Shown one piece after another: positions 1 through 9,920 of a stretch of 64,000 nt of DNA (the stretch's first letter is position 1; the number at the start of each line of letters is the position of its first letter). Location of the stretch: positions 32,001 to 96,000 of the forward strand of contig JBIPSI010000020.1 in assembly GCA_044070495.1 (NCBI GenBank), read 5' to 3'. The DNA comes from Spirulina sp. (lineage in GTDB: Bacteria; Cyanobacteriota; Cyanobacteriia; Phormidesmidales; Phormidesmidaceae). Made by a program: the position numbers and the translations under genes. Below the pieces are notes generated by a model. The model had not been told where the DNA came from, did not search any database, and saw only the letters and a program-made list of their open reading frames with translations.

Positions 1-1131
1 AAACTAGGTCTCGCTGCAAACTCAAAACGTCTTCGTGTGCCGAGAGTCAGATACCCTCAATTCCCCGCAAGGGGACGGAAACGGACACGGATCTACTCTC
101 GCACAAGTCTAAGAGGACTTGTCAGATACCCTCAATTCCCCGCAAGGGGACGGAAACGGCGGCAGCTTGCCGGACTCGTAGGACGGGATGACCTGTCAGA
201 TACCCTCAATTCCCCGCAAGGGGACGGAAACTTCGTCTGTTCGGGCTTTTGCCCGGAGGGCGTTCTCAGTCAGATACCCTCAATTCCCCGCAAGGGGACG
301 GAAACCAACCCGACCGCCGGGGGTGGTGATTTCGATCCAGTCGTCAGATACCCTCAATTCCCCGCAAGGGGACGGAAACCGCCTGAAACCATACCGTTAC
401 TTTTGTCGGTGCCTGTTGGGTCAGATACCCTCAATTCCCCGCAAGGGGACGGAAACTGCCGTAGCGGATGATTTCGGCCACCTGCGCCTCTAGGTCAGAT
501 ACCCTCAATTCCCCGCAAGGGGACGGAAACAATCCTAGCTCAAGATGCTGCCGCAAAGCGGTATTGTCAGATACCCTCAATTCCCCGCAAGGGGACGGAA
601 ACCAACCTAATGGTTATGGCTTTCTTACCTTCATCATTCAAGTCAGATACCCTCAATTCCCCGCAAGGGGACGGAAACAGAGAATTAATGGACTTAGAAT
701 TATGCAACCTCCAATGCGCTGTCAGATACCCTCAATTCCCCGCAAGGGGACGGAAACCCATACCCTGACTCCATCACGTCGGCTTGCTCACCACGTCAGA
801 TACCCTCAATTCCCCGCAAGGGGACGGAAACAAACTACTAGGACACCTCCAATTGAAATCTCAATCTCTTTTGTCAGATACCCTCAATTCCCCGCAAGGG
901 GACGGAAACTCCATATAGAGATTGCCGAACAAAACAAACTTAAAGTCAGATACCCTCAATTCCCCGCAAGGGGACGGAAACTACTCTGGCAATATAAGCT
1001 AATAAACTTTCTGCGTCTGGGTCAGATACCCTCAATTCCCCGCAAGGGGACGGAAACCCGTAGACGAACTACTCGATAAACTACCCAATGCTGTGTCAGA
1101 TACCCTCAATTCCCCGCAAGGGGACGGAAAC
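1..1131 (+). CRISPR. CRISPR array, 37-bp repeat GTCAGATACCCTCAATTCCCCGCAAGGGGACGGAAAC; 15 full repeats plus a partial one at the window edge, 15 spacers of 35-42 bp
   Basis: Identical repeats start at 46,121,195,269,343,420,494,566,642,721,795,873,945,1021,1095; positions 1-4 (AAAC) are the end of a further repeat. Hairpin TCCCC-GCAA-GGGGA and a 3' GAAAC end suggest + orientation. From recall, the repeat resembles the Synechocystis CRISPR2 (III-D) repeat. Confidence 0.99.
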
Positions 1132-1158
1132 GAATTGGATTTAGGATAAGCCCCATCC

Positions 1159-1488
1159 CTAGGGTTCGTCTGCTTCGTCTAGATTGTCATCTGGTAAGGC
1201 CCAGGTGGCCACTGGCTTCAGGAGAGCAGGGATCTCCGCGCCCTCGGCAAACTCCAGGATGGTTTCGGAATAGCCCAGGTAGCCAGATTCTGCAAAACTG
1301 GTGAGCATTCGGACGAGGGCAGGCCACACCTCATCGGCAAATTCCCAGTCCTGGTTAAACAGGGCACGGTCGGCAATCGACCGCAGCGCCCAGAAATAGC
1401 TATTGCGAACCACTGAGCCAGATTTTTTGTACCGGGGCACATCGTCCTGGTGCAAAAAGAGGATTTGCTGCTGAAGGTAAACGCGCAT
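1159..1488 (-). CDS. conserved cyanobacterial hypothetical protein
   Basis: 109-aa ORF with protein-like composition (VRNSYFWALRSIA), convergent on the array end. Confidence 0.75.
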   Translation of the reverse strand: MRVYLQQQILFLHQDDVPRYKKSGSVVRNSYFWALRSIADRALFNQDWEFADEVWPALVRMLTSFAESGYLGYSETILEFAEGAEIPALLKPVATWALPDDNLDEADEP

Positions 1489-1524
1489 AGAAACACCCCG
1501 TATTCTGAAGCCTAATGTCCTAGC

Positions 1525-1683
1525 CTCAGTAGATCACAAAGTCCCTGCTAGCCCTCACCCCCAACCCCTCTCCCACGAGGAGAGGGGAGCCGGAAACGGC
1601 CTTCAAAGTCCCTCTCCCCACGGGAGAGGGATTTAGGGTGAGGGCTGGATCGCGGCAAGAGAGCATGTTTGTGATCTACTGAG
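1525..1683. mobile_element. MITE, 159 bp, perfect 16-bp TIRs, 14-bp flanking direct repeat
   Basis: CTCAGTAGATCACAAA (1525-1540) / TTTGTGATCTACTGAG (1668-1683); CCTAATGTCCTAGC at 1511-1524 and 1684-1697; internal double hairpin at 1551-1645. Confidence 0.9.
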
Positions 1684-1723
1684 CCTAATGTCCTAGCCTA
1701 CTATCCTTAAGCCTGCCCCAGCG

Positions 1724-3334
1724 CTAGGGTAGCCAGGTGGCTTGGATGCCTTGGAAAGGGAACTGTTCTGGGGTATCGAGGAGGGGCGCACCCTGATCGG
1801 CGGCGATCACCAGGGGCAGGTACCACAGCCCTGGGGCGAGGTCGGCTTCGACGTTGGCCTCCTCCTCCTCTAAGTCGGCTTCAGCATCCAGGCTGACCAA
1901 ATCTAGCAGCAGGGCGCGGCCATCGGGGGCAAGGCTCATGGATAGGGTGGGCTGCTGAGGCAGGATGGCCAGTTTGGTCATGGCCTTGGCCTCTAGGTCA
2001 ATCAGCAGCAGCAGGGGTTGCTCAGCGTATTCTTCGGTGTCGAGGGCATCGCGGCGGCGGCTGTCCACCTGTTCGCTGGCCAGCACGTAGAGAAAACGGC
2101 GGCTGGGGTCAAACTGGGCGTCGCGAATGGATCCGCTCACCCGCATCAGTTCCTCTTCGGTGCCCTGGCTAGTAACGAGAAAGAGCGATTCGGTGAAGCG
2201 TTTTTCGGGGTCGTTTTGGTTGAAGTTCACCATGGCCGCCGCCAAGCCATCATTGGAGAGATCCAGCACTTGGCCATAGTTGGGCAAAAAGTCGAGGGGT
2301 TGCTGGGGGCCACGGGCCGATTCGGGGCTGAGGTCGAGGATAGCGGTGCCTTCGCCCTGGAGGAGAACGAGGGACTGACTATCGGGGGCAATTAAAAAGT
2401 CGCCGCCCGGATCGGTGTCCAGGGGATAGGGAGCCTTGCCCGTCCGCACCACCCAGGGGCCAAAGTCCGATGGATCGTCTCGGTTTACCCGCTGCACGAC
2501 GATGGTTTGCCCATCGGCAGAGAGGTCGAATTTGAGGTTTTGGTAGTCGCGGTTGTCTAGAACAAGGGTGAGTTCTCCAGGCGTGGCCTCGGTGGGTTCG
2601 GGCCGCAGGCGCTTCCAGAAGGGCGGCGGCTCGGCCAGCAAATCCTGGGGTGGACGGGGCACAATGCCCGTGGTGACGGTGTAGATCTGTTGGTTTAGCA
2701 GGCCATCGGTTTCGGCGGCATCGGTGGCAGAAAACAGGATTCTATCGCCCCAAGAGTAGGGCTTGAAGGCCAGCACCGACAGGTTTTTGGGGGTGAGGAT
2801 GACCCGCTCCTGCTGTTCCAAATCGGCCAGTACCAGGCGGTTCAACTCGTCGCCCTCGGTGCCAATGTAGACAAAGGCGCGTTTGCGGGTTTGAAACTGT
2901 CCCTCAAAGGGTTGAAATCGGCCTGGGTTGTCTGCGTCCGCAAAGCGATCCTTCGCCTGTTCCAACCGCAGGGTAAAGGATTGGCCGTAGGGCAGGGGGT
3001 CGGTAAGGGTATAGGCCATGCGGCGTCCGGCCCAGCTTACTTTGCCATCGAGGGGTGGATCGAGGGTCAAGTTCTCCTCCACGCTCACCGGATCCATCGG
3101 TCGGCTGAAGGTGATCAAAAAGGCCCGATCCTCGATGCCCACCTGCCGATTGTGCCAGCTAAAGTCGCGTACCCTGGCGGTGGCGTGGTCGCCGGAAAAG
3201 ATCAAAATCCCCAGCACCAGGGCCAAACCCGCCATCACGGTGACGGCCAGCCGATCCAACGGATAGCGGCGACGGGGTGCGCCAGCACGGGGGGCTTTTC
3301 CAGGGGTAGAACGACGGGAACGGCGACGGGCCAT
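1724..3334 (-). CDS. membrane-anchored Ig-like (SbsA/Big_5) domain plus beta-propeller-like protein
   Basis: N-terminal TM helix, ITFSRPMDPVSVE motif, repeated LSxDG/IAPDS blades. Confidence 0.75.
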   Translation of the reverse strand: MARRRSRRSTPGKAPRAGAPRRRYPLDRLAVTVMAGLALVLGILIFSGDHATARVRDFSWHNRQVGIEDRAFLITFSRPMDPVSVEENLTLDPPLDGKVSWAGRRMAYTLTDPLPYGQSFTLRLEQAKDRFADADNPGRFQPFEGQFQTRKRAFVYIGTEGDELNRLVLADLEQQERVILTPKNLSVLAFKPYSWGDRILFSATDAAETDGLLNQQIYTVTTGIVPRPPQDLLAEPPPFWKRLRPEPTEATPGELTLVLDNRDYQNLKFDLSADGQTIVVQRVNRDDPSDFGPWVVRTGKAPYPLDTDPGGDFLIAPDSQSLVLLQGEGTAILDLSPESARGPQQPLDFLPNYGQVLDLSNDGLAAAMVNFNQNDPEKRFTESLFLVTSQGTEEELMRVSGSIRDAQFDPSRRFLYVLASEQVDSRRRDALDTEEYAEQPLLLLIDLEAKAMTKLAILPQQPTLSMSLAPDGRALLLDLVSLDAEADLEEEEANVEADLAPGLWYLPLVIAADQGAPLLDTPEQFPFQGIQATWLP

Positions 3335-3336
3335 GG

Positions 3337-4146
3337 CTAATATTCGTAGGGGGTGCGAGGTTCAGGAATTTCGGTGAGGGTGGCCTCTCCGATCACCAGT
3401 TGGCGCTTGTTGTCGAGGGTTTGGGTGGTCATGGATCCGGTCACCTCCAGCCAGGTGTCGGGCTTGGGACGCTCGGTGCCGGGGGACAATTCTACGGGTA
3501 GGCCCACCGGATAGGCATCGGCGGCGCAGCAGGTGAGCACAAAGCGGGTGATCATGAAAACATTGTCGGGCCAGCCGGGAATGTGGGTGACAAAGCCGCT
3601 CACCTTTACCCCTTGTCCGGCGTAAGCTTCGGGTTCGGGGTAGACATTGAGGGTGCGGATCCAGTCCACGATGGTGCGATCCTCCGAAGCCCCGCTGAGC
3701 ACAAACCGCTGGGGCCGAGACCGAGTTTGGCCCAGCACATCGGTAATGCCCCGCTGAAAGGCGGTTTCGCTGGTGAAGGGCCGGGGGGTGTAGATTAGCC
3801 CAAACACCGCCACCGCCAACAACAACCCGGTGCTAATCCGGCGGGGCAGCAGGGCAATGTGTTCCTGGCTGCGGGGGCCAGTCTGCCGCTGCGACGACTG
3901 CATCACCTGCCAAACCTGCCACATCCGCGCCATGCCCATGGTAAAAGTTAGCCCCATGGCTAGGTGAGACAGCCACATATAGTCGGGGTGCAGCAGCAAA
4001 TACAGCTTGCCCGTAACGGTAAACCGCAGCAGCATGGCCGCCCACAGCAGCAGCATAAGACCATCAATAATGGCCTGCCAGGGCAACGGGGCGCGCTGGG
4101 GGGCGGGGGAACGGCGGCGGCGAGAGCGAAGGGAGGAGGAGGTCAT
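3337..4146 (-). CDS. TIGR03943/DUF1980 family putative permease subunit
   Basis: TM helices, LLLHPDY and RFVLTCCAADAYPVGL motifs; start set at MTSSS. Confidence 0.85.
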   Translation of the reverse strand: MTSSSLRSRRRRSPAPQRAPLPWQAIIDGLMLLLWAAMLLRFTVTGKLYLLLHPDYMWLSHLAMGLTFTMGMARMWQVWQVMQSSQRQTGPRSQEHIALLPRRISTGLLLAVAVFGLIYTPRPFTSETAFQRGITDVLGQTRSRPQRFVLSGASEDRTIVDWIRTLNVYPEPEAYAGQGVKVSGFVTHIPGWPDNVFMITRFVLTCCAADAYPVGLPVELSPGTERPKPDTWLEVTGSMTTQTLDNKRQLVIGEATLTEIPEPRTPYEY

Positions 4147-4198
4147 GGAATCAGAGAGAGTTAGCATCCAGCATGGTCGTAATCCCCTAGAGGAGCCC

Positions 4199-4618
4199 CT
4201 AGAGGAGATTCTCAAACTGTTGGCGCAGGCGATCTAGCTCGGTTTGGGAGAGATTGGAACTGTCCTCAGTCTTGGCGTCCCGCTCGCCCTCCCGGAGAGC
4301 AGGGTCAGCATCGGGATCCCAATCGAGGGCCTCAACCCGGTTTTCAGGGGGGATGGCCAGGGATCCTTCGGGGACGATTTTGCAGCCATAGCCCGCACTT
4401 TCACAAAAGGCTTCGATCTCGTCTTGTTCCATCCCTTCCACGGTGGCCTCCGGGAAATCCTGGGCCTCTAGCATGAGGGCAAAGCGGGTGGCGTCGTCTT
4501 CGTTTTCAAACATCAGCACAATGTCCTCGCTGTCATCAACCCTGAGGGTGTGGATGCCCTCATTGTCGGTACGCGCATTGAACAGTAAAACGTACACCAC
4601 CATAACCAAACTATCCAT
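4199..4618 (-). CDS. DUF3110 family protein
   Basis: VYVLLFNARTDNEGIHTL...MFENEDDATRFALMLEAQDFP. Confidence 0.85.
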   Translation of the reverse strand: MDSLVMVVYVLLFNARTDNEGIHTLRVDDSEDIVLMFENEDDATRFALMLEAQDFPEATVEGMEQDEIEAFCESAGYGCKIVPEGSLAIPPENRVEALDWDPDADPALREGERDAKTEDSSNLSQTELDRLRQQFENLL

Positions 4619-5016
4619 GTGAGTGATCAGGGCTTATCCCACGCTCAGCCCAAACGCAGCACCCTTGCCTTGGCTAAACGCTGGTCAACGGGATGGGCGG
4701 CAAAGGGAATGTATGCCAAGTCCGAACTACCCCCCCAATTCCCAACCTGTCAAACCATCGGAGCAAGGAAACCTCGTCCGTTGGAACCGGGGTTAAGCCA
4801 TCAGGGTTTCGTATTAGATCGGAACAACGCCTATTCTATCGGGTTTGCCCCAGGGGATTTAAGCCACGGGCCAAGAATGCCCCTAGCGCAACCAGCGGAT
4901 CCGTCACCTTAGCGTTTTGGGGGGATGCCATAGACAACACGAAGGCGTTCCTTTGCTGGGATGTCCATTACCATTAGCTAGAGATTTTTGGCTAACCTGA
5001 GCGAGGACGATACCCC

Positions 5017-5592
5017 ATGGTGACCTGGGCGCTGAAGGAGTGGGATGCAGCGGTAACGGCTCTGTTAACCGGGCAGACGATTTTGTTACTGCGAAAGGGG
5101 GGGATTCGAGAAAAGCAGGGAGAATTCTCAGTGGTAACGCGCCAGGTGTTGCTGCTGCCCACCTTTGAACACCAAAAGCCGGAACTGATTAAGCCGGAGT
5201 TTCAGCCCTTGGTGCAACCCGCCCCCCCGGAGGCAAAGGCTGACTCCGTACCCTTTGCAGGCTGGGCCGACATTACCCACGGGTTCACGCTGCCCTCTAC
5301 CGCTGCGGCCCTAGATTTGGTGCCCGACCTGATTTGGACGGGTCAGTTTGTGCAGGAGCGCCTCCATTGGCAGTCGGATCGCCCCCTCTACGGTCTTTTA
5401 CTGCGGGCCTACCGCTTCCATGCGCCCGTTCAACTCCCCTGGCACAAGGGTTATCGGGGCTGTCGGTCGTGGGTAGATCTGGGGCAATCGGTCGCCGTGG
5501 AGGACAGCACCCCAGCCCTAGCCGACGCCGACTACCAGCATCGAGTGGATCGTATTTTGGCGGATTTGCCCGATGGGGCAACGCCCCTGTAG
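5017..5592 (+). CDS. DUF1802 family protein
   Basis: ALKEW...GQTILLLRKGGIRE...LLPTFEHQ...YRGCRSWV. Confidence 0.9.
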   Translation: MVTWALKEWDAAVTALLTGQTILLLRKGGIREKQGEFSVVTRQVLLLPTFEHQKPELIKPEFQPLVQPAPPEAKADSVPFAGWADITHGFTLPSTAAALDLVPDLIWTGQFVQERLHWQSDRPLYGLLLRAYRFHAPVQLPWHKGYRGCRSWVDLGQSVAVEDSTPALADADYQHRVDRILADLPDGATPL

Positions 5593-5800
5593 GCAGGGCA
5601 GAGATCCTAGGGTGGTCGGCCCGGCGGTGGCGCTGGATCACCAACCTTAACCAACTCTTGATGCAGCCCTTCACAGCGATCCCACAGTATTGAATGATGG
5701 AGAGGGATGAATTGCCATCTGCACCTGTGCGATGGCAGATGGGCTGTGGCCTGTTCCATACCGCTGTGTCCCCCTTAGACCAATCACTAGGACAATCACT

Positions 5801-7702
5801 ATGATGAGCTTTCCCATTGACCTGGGCGCGTACCAACGAATTTCTCTAGATGCCGCTAACCCCACCCTCACCGACGAGCAACGCAGCGCCATCAAGGCCA
5901 ATATTCAGCTCTGTCGTGATGCCATTGTCTTTTTCACGGCCACGGGGGCTGCACGGGGCGTAGGCGGACACACAGGCGGCCCCTACGATACGGTGCCCGA
6001 AGTGGTGATTTTGGATGCCCTATTCCGGGGCGCGGGCGAGAAGTATGTGCCCGTGTTCTTTGACGAAGCGGGACACCGGGTAGCCACCCAATACCTGATG
6101 TCGGTGCTGAACGGCGACATGCCCGCCGAGCAACTGATGCACTACCGCGAAGCCGGGTCTAAGCTGCCCGGACACCCGGAACTGGGCCTGACCCCCGGCG
6201 TCAAGTTTAGCTCTGGCCGTCTGGGTCACATGTGGCCCTACGTCAACGGTGTGGCCCTAGCCAACCCCGGCAAGACGGTGTTCTGCCTCGGTTCCGACGG
6301 TGCCCAGCAGGAGGGCGACGACGCTGAGGCGGCCCGCTTTGCGGTGGCCCACCATGTCAACGTCAAGATTTTGGTGGATGACAACGATGTCACCATTGCC
6401 GGACACCCCTCCAGCTACATGGGCGGCTACAGCGTCAAGCAAACCCTCGAAGGCCACGGCCTGACGGTATTTGAAGGCGACGGCGAAGACATCGACAGCC
6501 TCTACGCCAACATTGTTCAAGCCATCAACACCCCTGGCCCCGTGGCGGTAATCAACAAGCGCCCCATGGCGGTGGGCATCGAAGGCATCGAAGGCAGCAC
6601 CCACGGCCACGATGTGATCTCCGTTAAAGCAGCCATTGCCTACCTAGAAAGCAAGGGCCACACGGCGGCGGTGGAGATCCTCAACAGCATTTCCCCCAGC
6701 CCCAACCCCTACGAGTTCATTGGCTCCAGCAAAAACGTGGGGGCCAACCGCAACACCTTCGGCGATGCCATGGTGGAGGTGCTGGGCGAGATGGACGAAG
6801 CCACCCGCAAGGCCAGCGTCCTCGTTGTGGATAGCGACCTGGAAGGCTCCTGTGGCTTGGCCCAAATCCGCAAAGCCTACCCGGAAATCTTCATCAGCGG
6901 CGGCATCCAAGAGCGGGGCAACCTGTCGGCGGCGGCTGGGTTCGGCATGGAGAAGGGCAAGCAGGGCGTCTTTGCCACCTTCGCCGCCTTCTTGGAAATG
7001 TGCATTTCCGAGATCACCATGGCCCGGTTGAACTACTCCAACCTGCTGTGCCACTTCTCCCACTCCGGCATCGACGACATGGCCGACAACACCTGTCACT
7101 TCGGCCTCAACAACTTCTTTGCCGACAATGGCCTCGACGACGGCTACGAAACCCGCCTCTACTTCCCCGCCGACCCCAACCAGATGAAAGCCTGCGTCAA
7201 AACGGTCTTCCACGACCCCGGCCTGCGCTTCATCTTCTCCACCCGCTCCAAGGTGCCGATGATCCTCGACGCCGACGGCAACGAAATGTTTGGCGGCGAC
7301 TACACCTTCACCCCCGGTAAGGATGAAGTCATCCGCGAGGGCACCGCTGGCTACATCGTTACCTTTGGCGATTCGGTCTACCGCGCCCTGGATGCGGTGG
7401 AACGCCTGAAGCAGGAAGGCATCGACGTGGGCCTGATCAACAAAGCCACCCTCAACGTCGTAGACGAAGAGATGATGGCCAAGATTGGCAAAGCCCCCTT
7501 TGTGCTCGTCACCGAAGCCTTCAACCGCAAAACGGGCCTGGGCAGCCGCTTTGGCTCCTGGCTGCTGGAGCGCGGCTATACGCCCAAGTTCGCCTACCTC
7601 GGCACCCACGAAGAAGGCTGCGGCGGCCTCTGGGAACAGTACCCCCACCAGGGCATCGACCCCACAGGCATCATGGCCAAAGTGAAGGAACTCGTCGGGT
7701 AA
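5801..7702 (+). CDS. transketolase-like thiamine-diphosphate enzyme
   Basis: GGHTGG, LPGHPELG, SSGRLG, TPP motif GSDGAQQEG...DDN, GIQERG; strongly biased codon use; start MMSFPID. Confidence 0.85.
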   Translation: MMSFPIDLGAYQRISLDAANPTLTDEQRSAIKANIQLCRDAIVFFTATGAARGVGGHTGGPYDTVPEVVILDALFRGAGEKYVPVFFDEAGHRVATQYLMSVLNGDMPAEQLMHYREAGSKLPGHPELGLTPGVKFSSGRLGHMWPYVNGVALANPGKTVFCLGSDGAQQEGDDAEAARFAVAHHVNVKILVDDNDVTIAGHPSSYMGGYSVKQTLEGHGLTVFEGDGEDIDSLYANIVQAINTPGPVAVINKRPMAVGIEGIEGSTHGHDVISVKAAIAYLESKGHTAAVEILNSISPSPNPYEFIGSSKNVGANRNTFGDAMVEVLGEMDEATRKASVLVVDSDLEGSCGLAQIRKAYPEIFISGGIQERGNLSAAAGFGMEKGKQGVFATFAAFLEMCISEITMARLNYSNLLCHFSHSGIDDMADNTCHFGLNNFFADNGLDDGYETRLYFPADPNQMKACVKTVFHDPGLRFIFSTRSKVPMILDADGNEMFGGDYTFTPGKDEVIREGTAGYIVTFGDSVYRALDAVERLKQEGIDVGLINKATLNVVDEEMMAKIGKAPFVLVTEAFNRKTGLGSRFGSWLLERGYTPKFAYLGTHEEGCGGLWEQYPHQGIDPTGIMAKVKELVG

Positions 7703-7735
7703 GGGTTCGGAGTCTCACAAATATCACCTAAATCC

Positions 7736-7772
7736 AAAACCCCGGCTTCTTGAAGAAGCCGGGGTTTTCTTT
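7736..7772. terminator. intrinsic terminator hairpin
   Basis: AAAACCCCGGCTTC-TT-GAAGAAGCCGGGGTTTT followed by T-rich sequence, after the transketolase stop. Confidence 0.7.
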
Positions 7773-7902
7773 GGGGGAGTTCATCGATACCTAAAAGACC
7801 ATCCAGTTTTGAAGAATCATTACTATCTACAGGATTACAGCCCCAACGGACTGAAGTCATTCCTATCTAGGTCAATGAGGTCTAGGCCGTTGAGGTGATG
7901 GG

Positions 7903-8418
7903 ATGTTTAGCACTCAACATCACTGGCTCACCCGCCTTTGGCAAAGTGTTTTGTTAAGTTTACTGATCAGCGGTGCAGGATTCGTTTTTGCGCCTGCTGT
8001 TGGGCCTGCCTTGGCCCTAACGAATGAGGAAATTGCCGCCCAAGTGGAGCACCTGCAACAATCCAACCAACGCTGGTTGCAGGTCGATTTATCTAGCCAG
8101 CGTTTGTATGCCTGGGAAGGTAACACGCCCGTCTATGCCGTTATTGTTTCCACTGGAAAGCCCTCAACGCCAACCGTTAGGGGCGTGTTTACGATTCAGT
8201 CTATGCATCGCACCGCCAGAATGCAAGGCGCAGATTATGACGTGCCCAATGTGCCATGGACGATGTATTTTCACCGGGGCTATGCCATCCATGGAGCCTA
8301 CTGGCACCACAATTTTGGTACTCCCGTGAGCCATGGTTGCGTGAATGTTGCCGTGGATCATGCCGAGTGGTTTTTCCACTGGTCGAGTATTGGCACCCCC
8401 GTTGTTGTCCAAGAATGA
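7903..8418 (+). CDS. L,D-transpeptidase (YkuD family)
   Basis: Signal peptide, VDLSSQRL, AIHGAYWH...SHGCVN catalytic motif. Confidence 0.93.
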   Translation: MFSTQHHWLTRLWQSVLLSLLISGAGFVFAPAVGPALALTNEEIAAQVEHLQQSNQRWLQVDLSSQRLYAWEGNTPVYAVIVSTGKPSTPTVRGVFTIQSMHRTARMQGADYDVPNVPWTMYFHRGYAIHGAYWHHNFGTPVSHGCVNVAVDHAEWFFHWSSIGTPVVVQE

Positions 8419-8470
8419 AAGACGATTTCTAGGGTCTGGGTAGTCGTTGTCCTAGCTAGGTGTTGTTCGG

Positions 8471-8794
8471 CTATACATCAAGCATGTTGTTTGCATGACT
8501 TACGCTGTAGTCGTTCATTCTGCTACTCCTAAAAAAATAATTTTGGGCATTTACCTTCATCGTCGTCCCTGCGATCAAAGGGATATTGTCTTGGCTGAGA
8601 GCAATGTGGGGATACTCAGTTGGTATCAGGCTTTGAGCATTGAGCATGGCACGAGAGGTGATGACGACTAACTGCCATCGTAACAACTCCAGCGGATACC
8701 AAACCAATGACACAGTAATGGTGTGGCCATCCATTAAATCGACGTTGATGGTGTCTTCTGTGAAGTGGATAGAGATATACCGATGCTGCCTCAT
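8471..8794 (-). pseudogene. chimeric remnant: DUF2442 N-terminal part joined to a DUF433-like fragment
   Basis: IHFTEDTINVDLMDGHTITVSLVWYP matches the 13449-13527 copy; TEYPHI...PLIAGTTMKV is DUF433-like. Confidence 0.65.
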
Positions 8795-8846
8795 AGTCGA
8801 TTAAAATGGATTCAGAGATCAGAAAACCAGGCTAGATAATCATTAG

Positions 8847-9119
8847 GTGATGGAATTTGAGTTTGATGAGAACAAGAGCCGCTCAAACAAACTCAAGCAT
8901 GGCGTGGATTTTGTCGAAGCCCAGGTTCTCTGGCAAGATGATGACCGCATCGAAGTGCCTGCCCGTACCGCAGACGAGCCGCGATTGGTTATTGTAGGGA
9001 AAATTGGCTCAAAGGTATGGTCGGCAGTTGTAACCTAGCGAAACGGTAAGGTTCATATTATCTCAGTTCGGCGGGCACGGCAGCAAGAGGTAGAACTCTA
9101 TGAAGGCAGAAGTGTTTGA
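8847..9119 (+). pseudogene. BrnT-family toxin with in-frame amber stop
   Basis: FEFDENKSRSNKLKHGVDFVEA; TAG at 9036-9038, then the frame continues RNGKVHIISVRRARQQEVELYE to TGA 9117-9119, overlapping the antitoxin start. Confidence 0.85.
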
Positions 9120-9324
9120 CCAAAAGTTTGACGAGGACCAGGAGGACATTATCGACGACCTCGATCTATCTCAACTCAAACGCCCTGGTTACGAACAGCG
9201 AAGCATCGACATTGATTTCCCAATTTGGATGATTGAGGCATTGGATCGCGAGGCATTACGGCTAGGAGTAAGCCGACAATCCATTATTAAAGTGTGGATT
9301 GCTGAGCGACTGGAACACATTTAA
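9100..9324 (+). CDS. BrnA/CopG-family antitoxin
   Basis: IDFPIWMIEALDREALRLGVSRQSIIKVWIAERL ribbon-helix-helix. Confidence 0.88.
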   Translation: MKAEVFDQKFDEDQEDIIDDLDLSQLKRPGYEQRSIDIDFPIWMIEALDREALRLGVSRQSIIKVWIAERLEHI

Positions 9325-9329
9325 AAGAG

Positions 9330-9539
9330 ATGTCTTTTATGCAATATCAAGACATTATCACTATTGAACCGGGCAAGCGTGGCGGAAAGCCCTGTATTCG
9401 GGGGATGCGGATTACGGTTTATGATGTGTTGGAATATTTGGCATCGGGGATGACCTATGAGGAAATTCTGGATGATTTTCCCTACCTCACCCAGACCGAT
9501 ATTCTGGCCTGCCTGAGTTTTGCGGCCAACCGTGAATGA
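9330..9539 (+). CDS. DUF433 family protein (C-terminus possibly clipped)
   Basis: ITIEPGKRGGKPCIRGMRITVYDVLEYLASGM...DFPYL; the start may be 9339. Confidence 0.88.
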   Translation: MSFMQYQDIITIEPGKRGGKPCIRGMRITVYDVLEYLASGMTYEEILDDFPYLTQTDILACLSFAANRE

Positions 9540-9614
9540 ATGCCGTAGCCGCCGCCGCAAATTTCCCACTGGGCAAGCTGTTCGGGTGGAGCGTTTGAAT
9601 TTCAAGTGGCCTGG

Positions 9615-9920
9615 TCAAGCGGCTTGCTCATCTCGTACCGTGACCGAAAGCTTTAGCCCTAGGTCATGGAGTAGGGCTGATATTAAGTGAATGTTTGGCA
9701 TTTCGCCACGGGAAATGAGTTGATAGTAAGTCTCCCAACGGGCGTTAGAGGAATCTGAAGGGTGGCCTATGTCCCGTCGAGCTTCTGCAACATTCTTAAG
9801 CGCTAGCAGCATCGGTTCAATGTCGCCATCTTCTAGAACGGCATCCAAATAAGCGGCGGCCTCGGCTGGATCTTTCAGGGATTCGATTAAGTAGGTGTGA
9901 TAGCTCCTAGAAGCTTTCAT
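9615..9920 (-). CDS. addiction-module antidote protein (HTH)
   Basis: LIESLKDPAEAAAYLDAVLEDGD...LLALKNVAEAR; downstream of the RelE-like toxin. Confidence 0.8.
   Translation of the reverse strand: MKASRSYHTYLIESLKDPAEAAAYLDAVLEDGDIEPMLLALKNVAEARRDIGHPSDSSNARWETYYQLISRGEMPNIHLISALLHDLGLKLSVTVRDEQAA

Noticed and set aside
37..1079. ORFs of 101-203 aa over the CRISPR array
   Set aside because: They are translations of repeats and spacers.
4765..4875. Possible IS200/IS605 end hairpin
   Set aside because: The palindrome is weak and there is no tnpA/tnpB remnant.
6644..7648. Long antisense ORFs (also 18677-19435, 44257-44928)
   Set aside because: They are shadows of codon-biased GC-rich genes.
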